A stretch of DNA of 19,255 bases, taken from a virus. The stretch is taken from the IMG/VR virus record IMGVR_UViG_3300037515_000038, positions 1 to 19,255 of that record. One strand, given 5' to 3'. Below the pieces are notes generated by a model. It was not told the DNA's origin and did no database searches. It saw nothing but the letters and a program-made list of their open reading frames with translations. A program made the position numbers and the translations under genes. This document shows positions 1 through 6,865 of this stretch, in pieces. Within the stretch, counting starts at the first letter, position 1, and each line of letters opens with the position of its first letter.

Positions 1-127
1 CTGACCGAGTCCACCAACGCTGTCGAAAAGACCTTCGGTGACGCAGCCGAAGCCATCCTCGACATCGGTAGGAACTCTGCCGAGAGTTTTGGGTTGTCGA
101 AGGCCGAGTTCAACTCCTTTGCCGTCT
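1..127. repeat. Terminal direct repeat, identical to 19129..19255. This is the assembly overlap of a circular or circularly permuted genome with a 19,128-bp unit.
   Basis: Base-by-base comparison: 1..127 (ctgaccgagtccaccaacgc...ctcctttgccgtct) equals 19129..19255 with no mismatch. Confidence 0.95.
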
Positions 128-1584
128 CCATGGCCGGGTTCGCCAAGAACATCGCCGGAGAGGGCGGGAGCATTGTCGAGGTCACCGAGAAACTCATCCA
201 GAGGGCTGCCGACTTCGCCTCGGTCCACAACATCGAGGTAGCCGACGCCCTCGGTATCTTCCAGTCCACCCTGGCCGGTCAGACCGAGCCGATACGCCGA
301 TACGGTAAGGACATCTCCGATGCAGCCATCAAGCTGTTCGCCTTGGAGACGGGGATCATCGACACCAAGCGGGAGATGACCGAAGGCGAGAAGCAGACCG
401 CCCGTTACGGGCTGTTGCTCCGTGAGACCGAAGACTGGGCTGGTGACTTCGCTGACACCGCTGGCGAGCTTGCCAACCAACAGCGGATAGCCAACGCCGA
501 GTTGGAGGACGCCAAAGCCAAGCTGGGTGAGAAGCTGGCCCCCGTCGTGTTGGAGGTCACACAGCTTTTCAGAGACTTCATCAATGTTCTGGGCGAACTC
601 CTCGATCTGCTTCCAGGAGTGGACGTGGGGATCATGGACATCGTCGAGGCCATCGTCCCCTTCGGCCAACAGATTGGTTGGGCCAAGGACCGGCTTGGGG
701 ATTGGAGCGACTCGATTGATGAGAACAACGAGAAGGAAGCCAAAGCCGAAACTCTCACCAAGCAGTGGACCCGTGCCCATGAGGCGATGCGGGGGGAACT
801 GGTCGAAGGTCGTCCCCCACTCCAAAGACACACTGAGGCTGTCGAAGACGCCACTGACGCCACCGAAGAACTCGCTGAGGAGACCCAGACCGCTGCCGAT
901 GCCATTCGGGATGTCCAGTCTGCTGCCCGTGAGGCTGTCGACCCGGTGTTCGCCTACATGCAGGGCACCCAGGAGCTAGCCGATGCTCAGGCTGCCTACA
1001 ACGCTGCTGTGGACGAGTTCGGGGTGAACAGCCCTGAGGCCATCCAGGCAGCCGAGGACATTGCCAGGGCCAACGGGAAAATCCAGGAGGCGGTGACCGA
1101 CATCGGTGAAGTGGGGGTGCCTGCTGCTATGGCAGCCCTCAAGTCGCTGGGTGTCCCCCAGGCGGTCATTGACAAGTTCGCTGCCGACAAGAAGCGCATC
1201 GAAGAAATCTTCCGCAACATGGTCCTCAGGATCGGTGTGTCGGCTCCGACCCTGTATCCGACCTCACCGTCCTCGGGAGGCGTTGGGTGGAAGTCAGAAT
1301 CCAGGAACTACTACGCCCACGGTGGTATCGCCAAGGCCCGTCCTGGTGGTGTCGATGTGGCTGCTGAGGCCGGGTCTGACGAGGCGATGATCCCCATGAA
1401 CTCGGAGGGGATCGGGATTCTGGCTGCCGCCATGAAGGAGGCCATCGGCGGGGGAGGCCAGGCGATCAACCTAATCGTCCCGGCGTCACGGTCCACCGCC
1501 ATCGACGGGTGGGACATCATCGAGATGCTCCAGAAGATCGAACAGTCGTCAGGGCCGCTTCCGATCAGGGTGAGGCAAGGCTGA
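1..1584 (+). CDS. Tail tape measure protein, 3' portion. The 5' portion is 18928..19255. The joined gene is 1785 nt, about 594 aa.
   Basis: Frame 1 is open from base 1 to the TGA at 1582..1584. It is in frame with ATG 18928 through the 127-bp overlap (201 nt, divisible by 3). The product is long, helical and Ala/Glu/Leu-rich with a TP901-type tape-measure core-like segment (SVHNIEVADALGIFQSTLAG...). It lies upstream of the minor tail genes. Confidence 0.85.
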   Translation: MTESTNAVEKTFGDAAEAILDIGRNSAESFGLSKAEFNSFAVSMAGFAKNIAGEGGSIVEVTEKLIQRAADFASVHNIEVADALGIFQSTLAGQTEPIRRYGKDISDAAIKLFALETGIIDTKREMTEGEKQTARYGLLLRETEDWAGDFADTAGELANQQRIANAELEDAKAKLGEKLAPVVLEVTQLFRDFINVLGELLDLLPGVDVGIMDIVEAIVPFGQQIGWAKDRLGDWSDSIDENNEKEAKAETLTKQWTRAHEAMRGELVEGRPPLQRHTEAVEDATDATEELAEETQTAADAIRDVQSAAREAVDPVFAYMQGTQELADAQAAYNAAVDEFGVNSPEAIQAAEDIARANGKIQEAVTDIGEVGVPAAMAALKSLGVPQAVIDKFAADKKRIEEIFRNMVLRIGVSAPTLYPTSPSSGGVGWKSESRNYYAHGGIAKARPGGVDVAAEAGSDEAMIPMNSEGIGILAAAMKEAIGGGGQAINLIVPASRSTAIDGWDIIEMLQKIEQSSGPLPIRVRQG

Positions 1585-2294
1585 TGCAGGCTATCTACCC
1601 CGGTCATGTGCTCGGAGGCTCCCCCCTCTATGTGGGGTTGACCCTCGGGGACATCCTCTACTTCGACGCCGATGACACCTTCGACTATCCCGACTACCCA
1701 GGGTTGAGGGCTGTTCGTGTGAAGGTTCAAGCTGGTGGGGCTGCCGGTGGGGGAGCGGCCACCACGGGGGCTTCTCAGTCGTCTGGAGGTAACGGTGGGG
1801 CTGGCGGAGGCTATTCAGAGAAGCTGATACTGGTTACAGCCCTGTCCCCCTCTGAGACGGTCACAGTGGGGGCTGGTGGGTCAGGAGTGGCCGGGGGGAC
1901 GGGAGGCGCTGGAGGGGCATCTTCTTTCGGCTCACACCTGTCAGCGTCGGGTGGTCTCGGCGGGGGAGTGGCAGGAGCGTCAGGCACCCTAACAGCGGGT
2001 GCCCCCTCGAACTCGGGTGGGGGAGTGGGAAGTGGTGGTGACCTGAACCTGGTTGGGTCTCCCGGTGGGGCGGTGCTGAGATACATAGCGACTAGGGTGC
2101 TCGGCGGGAGAGGGGCACACAGTCAACTGGGTGTGGGTGGAGTGGAAGGCTCGTCTACTTCCAGCACCAACGGCAACCCAGGCCGGGGATACGGGAGCGG
2201 CGGGTCAGGTGGCACCAACTCTCAGAACCAGGCGGGCACCGCTACTGGCGGGGGTGGAACGCCCGGCCTGATCATCGTGGAGCTTCTCTATTGA
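1584..2294 (+). CDS. Glycine-rich domain minor tail protein (236 aa)
   Basis: ATG 1584 overlaps the tape-measure stop (ATGA). The sequence VRVKVQAGGAAGGGA...GGNGGAGGGYSE...VTVGAGGSG...GGAGGASSFG...ASGGLGG matches the pattern of phage glycine-rich tail-fibre domains. GC3 is high. Confidence 0.7.
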   Translation: MQAIYPGHVLGGSPLYVGLTLGDILYFDADDTFDYPDYPGLRAVRVKVQAGGAAGGGAATTGASQSSGGNGGAGGGYSEKLILVTALSPSETVTVGAGGSGVAGGTGGAGGASSFGSHLSASGGLGGGVAGASGTLTAGAPSNSGGGVGSGGDLNLVGSPGGAVLRYIATRVLGGRGAHSQLGVGGVEGSSTSSTNGNPGRGYGSGGSGGTNSQNQAGTATGGGGTPGLIIVELLY

Positions 2295-4864
2295 TCCCGC
2301 TACCCGACCTCGCACAGTCGCTCCTGTGGGCTGGAGGCCAGATCGACGTTCGTGTCGAAGTGGACACCGGCACCACCGGCTCGGGAGACGAGTTCGCCCT
2401 GTGGGGTGAAGACCTTTGGGCTGAGTTCTTGTGGGGGTCGTCCGCACCAGGTTGGTTGGACCTGTCCATCTTCGTCCTCACCCTCGACTTCGACGGTGGG
2501 GCGGAACGGTGGGGGCAGAGGTTCAAGACTGGTAGCGCCACGATCATCCTCGACAACACGACAGGCATCTTCACCCAGGACGCTGACGTGGTTAAGCCGT
2601 TCCACCTTCCCTTCCGTCCTGGCCGCAAGATCAGGGTGGTGGCGATCCCCGACCCTTCCGCCGACCCTGAAAGCGTTGGCTACCGGGTGCCGCTGTTCAC
2701 CGGGGTCATCGACTCGACATCCGACGATTACGCATATGGGGCTTGGGACAACACGACCAGGGTGTTGTGTTTCGACAATGGGGCCGTCTGGTCTGGGTTC
2801 AACCCTCCCATGCTGTCCACGCCCACCGGGGTAGAACTGTCTTCAGATCGGATTACCTCGGCTCTTGACCGTCTCAACTGGCCGGTGGATGATCGGGACA
2901 TCCAGACAGGGGAGCATTCCCTCCAAAGCTCTGACCTGGCTCAGTCCACATGGGAGGAATGCCAGACCGCAGCCGACGCCGAAGGGGGAGCCTTCTTCGC
3001 AGGCAAGGACGGCAAGGCGGTGTTCAAGTCTCGTGACTGGCTGTCGGTGGAAGACCCGGACGACTCGGGGGTCGTCGTGCTGTCGTTTGCCTCACCGGCT
3101 GGTTCACCCTACGACCTGGCGTGGGATGGGTCGAGTCTGTGGCACACCGACGACGTGACCAACACGGTCTATGAGTTGGACCCGTCAGACGGTTCGGTCA
3201 TCTCCTCATTTGCGGCACCTGGCTCAAACTCGGCTGGGCTGGCCTGGGACGGGACGAATCTGTGGCTGTCCGACTACACGACCCAACTCATCTACAAGCT
3301 GTCCACGTCCGGCTCGGTCCTCGACTCGTTCGCCGCACCCGGTTCTTCGGCCAGCGGTCTGGCATGGGACGGGTCGTCACTCTGGCTGGCCGACTTCGGT
3401 GGGGAGGTCTATGAGATCGACCCGGACACCGGGTCAACCCTGTCCTCGTTCACCGGGCCGGGCACCCAGCAGACCGGTCTCACCTTCGACGGCACCAGTC
3501 TCTACCTGACGGACATGGTCCTCGACACCATCTACAAGTTCACGACCGAAGGCGTCCTCCTCGACTCTTTCCCTTCCCAGGGCGATCAGCCCCGTGGCCT
3601 CGGTTGGGATGGCCACTACCTCTGGCACTCGGACAAGCTGGCCGACCTCATTTACCGGCTGGCCCCTCCACGTAGAGGCCCCACCGAGATACAGGGTTAC
3701 CTCGGATACGACGAGGTCCCAGACGGGGTGCAGGGTGCCCATGTCATAGACGTTGACACATCATGGGAGTTGGCGAGGATCAGAAATCAGGTGCGGTTCG
3801 CCCGTGTCGGTTCGACCATGCAGGAGGCCGAAGACGCAACCTCCCAGACCCTCTACGGGGTGCGCTCATACGAGAGGACCGACTTCAAGAACAATGCTGA
3901 CGCCGACCTCGTCTTCCTCGCCGCACGTCATGTGAAGGTCCACAAGGACAACCGTATGCGTGTCGATGCGGTCACTATCGCCGGAGTGGTAGACGGTGAC
4001 AATGAGGACCTGAACCGGCTGCTGTGGGCCACCGAATACGGGGACCTGCTGTCGGTGAGAGTGATGACCGGACAGGGGTGGAGTTTCGAGCGTCTCGTCC
4101 AAGTGTTCGGCATCCACCATCACATCACCGGAGACGACTGGGAGGTCACCTTCCGTCTCGACGACGCTCAGATCAACTTCCTGGCGGGTCGTGACGTTCT
4201 TATGGCCCAGTCTGCTCCCGTCGCCTGGTGGAAGTTCTCCGAGTCGGGAGGGACCTCGACAGCGGACCAGGTGGGCACCCACACTCTCACCTGGAACGGC
4301 ACCCCCACCCTCGCATCGTCTGGTGGGCCTATCGCCGGGGGAGACGGGATAGCCACCCTCGACGGCACCGACGACTACGCCACGGTTGCCAATGAGGCAG
4401 ACCTGGAGCTTCACCAGAACATGACGTTCGAGGCTCGGGTCCGGCCCCATGACGCCACGGGAGCGTTGCAGGCGATCCTGTCGGTGAGAGGCACCGGGGA
4501 CGACCGCAACCTTTACTCCCTCTACTGGTATCCCGACAACTCGGTCTTCCGGTTCTACCCCCTCGGATCAGCGGGGGTATCGACCGACATCGCAGCGGGC
4601 GCTGCCAACGTCTGGCATCACCTTGTCGTCACCGTCGAGTGGACCGCCACCGAGCGTCGGATCACCCGCTATGTGGATGGGGTCCAGGGCTTCACGTCGA
4701 TCACCAGCTACCTGCCGTCTGTGATAGCCCGTGAGGCTAACGTCGGTCGGGAGGGGACAGACGGGGGAGAGTTCTTCAACGGGGACATCTCCGAGCTTGC
4801 CGTTTGGGATCGGTTGTTGGCCCCGTCTGAGATCACCAACCTTTACAACGCTAGCTATGAGTAG
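2291..4864 (+). CDS. Large minor tail / receptor-binding protein (857 aa). Dit-like (siphovirus distal tail) N- and C-halves are split by a 5-blade beta-propeller, followed by a C-terminal LamG/ConA-like lectin domain.
   Basis: The TTG start overlaps the upstream stop (TTGA). The N-terminus (KTGSATIILDNTTGIF...PGRKIRV) resembles phage-tail-family Dit proteins. Five 40-41-aa repeats occupy 3083..3668. The C-terminus (about 4200..4861) has Laminin_G_3 hallmarks (LDGTDDYATV...WHHLVVTV...FNGDISELAVWDRLLAPSEITNLY). Confidence 0.8.
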   Translation: MIPLPDLAQSLLWAGGQIDVRVEVDTGTTGSGDEFALWGEDLWAEFLWGSSAPGWLDLSIFVLTLDFDGGAERWGQRFKTGSATIILDNTTGIFTQDADVVKPFHLPFRPGRKIRVVAIPDPSADPESVGYRVPLFTGVIDSTSDDYAYGAWDNTTRVLCFDNGAVWSGFNPPMLSTPTGVELSSDRITSALDRLNWPVDDRDIQTGEHSLQSSDLAQSTWEECQTAADAEGGAFFAGKDGKAVFKSRDWLSVEDPDDSGVVVLSFASPAGSPYDLAWDGSSLWHTDDVTNTVYELDPSDGSVISSFAAPGSNSAGLAWDGTNLWLSDYTTQLIYKLSTSGSVLDSFAAPGSSASGLAWDGSSLWLADFGGEVYEIDPDTGSTLSSFTGPGTQQTGLTFDGTSLYLTDMVLDTIYKFTTEGVLLDSFPSQGDQPRGLGWDGHYLWHSDKLADLIYRLAPPRRGPTEIQGYLGYDEVPDGVQGAHVIDVDTSWELARIRNQVRFARVGSTMQEAEDATSQTLYGVRSYERTDFKNNADADLVFLAARHVKVHKDNRMRVDAVTIAGVVDGDNEDLNRLLWATEYGDLLSVRVMTGQGWSFERLVQVFGIHHHITGDDWEVTFRLDDAQINFLAGRDVLMAQSAPVAWWKFSESGGTSTADQVGTHTLTWNGTPTLASSGGPIAGGDGIATLDGTDDYATVANEADLELHQNMTFEARVRPHDATGALQAILSVRGTGDDRNLYSLYWYPDNSVFRFYPLGSAGVSTDIAAGAANVWHHLVVTVEWTATERRITRYVDGVQGFTSITSYLPSVIAREANVGREGTDGGEFFNGDISELAVWDRLLAPSEITNLYNASYE
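3083..3668 (+). repeat. Five tandem 40-41-codon repeats encoding NHL/glutaminyl-cyclase-like beta-propeller blades
   Basis: Repeat starts (SF..) fall at 3083, 3206, 3326, 3446 and 3566. The consensus is SFaaPGs..sGLAWDGssLWl.D.....iYel....Gsvl. Confidence 0.85.
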
Positions 4865-4874
4865 GAGGCCCTAA

Positions 4875-5801
4875 ATGCCTGAGATCATTGATGTAGTCGA
4901 CAGCGAAGACCTGGCTGTTGCCGAGTGGGCCAACGCCATCAGGGACCGCACCGTCCAACGCTACAACGACCTGTCCACCCGCACCACCGAGCACGCCACA
5001 CCGGCTGCTGGGGACCTCAGCTTCCTCGAAGACTCGGGGGCTTTGGAGGTCTACTTCGGAGGCTCATGGAGAGGTCTGCTGCCCACCGGGGCTGTCATCG
5101 CCCATGCGGGGACCACAGCGCCGTCTGGGTGGCTACTCGCCAACGGTGCCGAGGTATCCAGGACAACCTATGCCGCCCTGTTCGCTGTCATCGGGACAGT
5201 GTTCGGGGTTGGTGACGGCTCGACCACGTTCAACCTGCCCAACCTGAAACAGAGGTTCCCGCTGGGGAAGGCCGACTCGGGCACCGGAGCGGCGGTGGGA
5301 GCTACTGGTGGTGCGATCGATCATGTTCATTCGGGGCCTTCGCACACCCACACCGGGCCGTCGCACACCCACACGATGGGCACCCACACCCATTCCAACC
5401 CGAGCACAGCAGCGAATGGCTCCCACGCCCACTTCATCGACGGGGGTGCCACCGCATCGGGGGGAAGCCACACCCACTCGTTCTCCGACTCGTTCACTAC
5501 TGGTGGCGGGTCAGGCACGACCTCCAAGGAGGGGGGAGCGTTCCTGGCTTCCGTTCCGGCTCACACCCACACGGGTTCAGTGTCAGGGACGACCGGCTCG
5601 GGAGGTTCGCACACCCACGGGCCGGGAACCCTGGACACCGACTCGGCAGGGAGCCACACCCACACTCAGGGGGTTACCGGGGCCACCGATCCTGGAGACA
5701 CCAACGCTGCGGGCACTGGGGCTACTGGTGCGGGGGGAACCGGGAGCACAGGCACCCAGAACCCACCGTTCCTGACCCTGCTGTTCATAGTCAAGATATG
5801 A
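4875..5801 (+). CDS. Tail fibre protein with a phage tail-collar domain and a His-rich HxH-repeat C-terminal shaft (308 aa)
   Basis: AGGAGG lies about 10 nt upstream of the ATG. The collar motif is PTGAVIAHAGTTAPSGWLLANGAEVSRTTYAALFAVIGTVFGVGDGSTTFNLPNLKQRFPLG. It is followed by nine HxH motifs (HVH, HTH x7, HAH). Confidence 0.8.
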   Translation: MPEIIDVVDSEDLAVAEWANAIRDRTVQRYNDLSTRTTEHATPAAGDLSFLEDSGALEVYFGGSWRGLLPTGAVIAHAGTTAPSGWLLANGAEVSRTTYAALFAVIGTVFGVGDGSTTFNLPNLKQRFPLGKADSGTGAAVGATGGAIDHVHSGPSHTHTGPSHTHTMGTHTHSNPSTAANGSHAHFIDGGATASGGSHTHSFSDSFTTGGGSGTTSKEGGAFLASVPAHTHTGSVSGTTGSGGSHTHGPGTLDTDSAGSHTHTQGVTGATDPGDTNAAGTGATGAGGTGSTGTQNPPFLTLLFIVKI

Positions 5802-5811
5802 GGAGAACACC

Positions 5812-6042
5812 ATGACTACACCAGCCGAACTGACCGTCAACGAGGCAGCCGACTACCTGAAGATCACACCCGAGGAGTTGGTCTTCTCCCGTGCTCGGGG
5901 TCTGCCACCAGGGAAGGTGGGCTACACCAGGGGAGGGCAGTTGTTCTTCCGCAAGGTGGACCTGATCCCACCGAAGCCCACCAAGAAGCCTAAGCCTCAA
6001 GTAGAGGTTGAGACCAACCCTCAACCAGTGGTTGAAGGTTAG
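5812..6042 (+). CDS. Helix-turn-helix (excisionase/MerR-like HTH_17-type) DNA-binding protein with a Lys/Pro-rich tail (76 aa)
   Basis: GAGGAG lies upstream of the ATG. The pattern LTVNEAADYLKITPEELVFSRARGLPPGKVGY...FFRKVDL fits HTH_17-type domains. Confidence 0.6.
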   Translation: MTTPAELTVNEAADYLKITPEELVFSRARGLPPGKVGYTRGGQLFFRKVDLIPPKPTKKPKPQVEVETNPQPVVEG

Positions 6043-6043
6043 G

Positions 6044-6208
6044 ATGGAGAGCGCAATGACCAACATCGCACACCAAGACGACTTCAAGGTCGAAGCCTAC
6101 GGCACGTTCACACCACCACCCGTCTCGTGCGGGGGTGCTGAGTGCTACTGGGTGGAGACCGACACCGGGTGGGAGACCATCCATTCAACAGACTGTGAGG
6201 AAAACTGA
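6044..6208 (+). CDS. Small hypothetical protein (54 aa, 3 Cys)
   Basis: ATG 6044 lies 2 nt after the upstream stop. Its stop overlaps the next ATG (ATGA at 6205..6208). GC3 is high. The start choice is uncertain. Confidence 0.4.
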   Translation: MESAMTNIAHQDDFKVEAYGTFTPPPVSCGGAECYWVETDTGWETIHSTDCEEN

Positions 6209-6600
6209 TGTCCCTCGGATACGCCGTAGCCCTACGCAACGCACAACTCGACGAGATCACCGCCAGGGCTGGAGCCTCGGCCCTGCTCAAGATTTTCTCG
6301 GGGACACGGCCCGCCACAGGGGGAGCAGAGACCACCCAGCTATCCGAGCAGGTGTGCAACGCCACCTTTGCTCCAGCAGCTTCCGGTGGGGTGCTCACCC
6401 TCAACGCCATTGCCGACGATGCGGCTGCTGACGCCACCGGGACTGCATCCTGGTTCAGGATCGAGTCAGCCGCTGCCGCCCATGCGATGGACGGTGATGT
6501 TGCCGTGTCAGGTGCAGACCTGAACTTCGACTCGATCAACTTCGTGGCTGGCGGTGTGGTTGCGGTCACATCGTTTGTCATCAACTGCGGCAACGCTTGA
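6208..6600 (+). CDS. Hypothetical Ala/Gly-rich protein (130 aa), probably structural
   Basis: It is translationally coupled on its 5' side, has strong GC3 bias, and lies within the tail-fibre region. I recognise no family. Confidence 0.6.
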   Translation: MSLGYAVALRNAQLDEITARAGASALLKIFSGTRPATGGAETTQLSEQVCNATFAPAASGGVLTLNAIADDAAADATGTASWFRIESAAAAHAMDGDVAVSGADLNFDSINFVAGGVVAVTSFVINCGNA

Positions 6601-6601
6601 T

Positions 6602-6865
6602 GTGTCGCTCTGCACTGGTCGGGGGTCGCTAAGAGGGCAGCACTGCTGTTTCGTCAACGGGCTGGTCTGCCAATACCTGGAGTTGGGGACCGTCCCTGGA
6701 CGCACGTTCGTCTGCGGGTTGAGACGCCAACTCGGCTCGTGGGAGGCCGTCCACGCTGACCCCGGCTACATCGAGAACGTGCAACGGTTTTGGGATGTCC
6801 ACCCCAATATCACATCGTGTGGCGACTGGCAGCCGGAACCTGGCATGTGTTGTAGGGAGACCTGA
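6602..6865 (+). CDS. Small Cys-rich hypothetical protein (87 aa, 8 Cys)
   Basis: GTG 6602 lies 2 nt after the upstream stop. The TGA at 6863..6865 overlaps the next ATG. Third-position G/C is about as strong as in neighbouring genes. The start is uncertain because the ORF is open from 6554. Confidence 0.45.
   Translation: MSLCTGRGSLRGQHCCFVNGLVCQYLELGTVPGRTFVCGLRRQLGSWEAVHADPGYIENVQRFWDVHPNITSCGDWQPEPGMCCRET

Noticed and set aside
38-241. Numerous 60-160-aa alternative-frame + strand ORFs inside large genes, for example 38..241, 527..979, 2352..2834, 5308..5775 and 16493..16861
   Set aside because: They are nested within better-supported frames, their products are Arg/Pro/Ser-rich, and they lack ribosome-binding sites or start-stop coupling.
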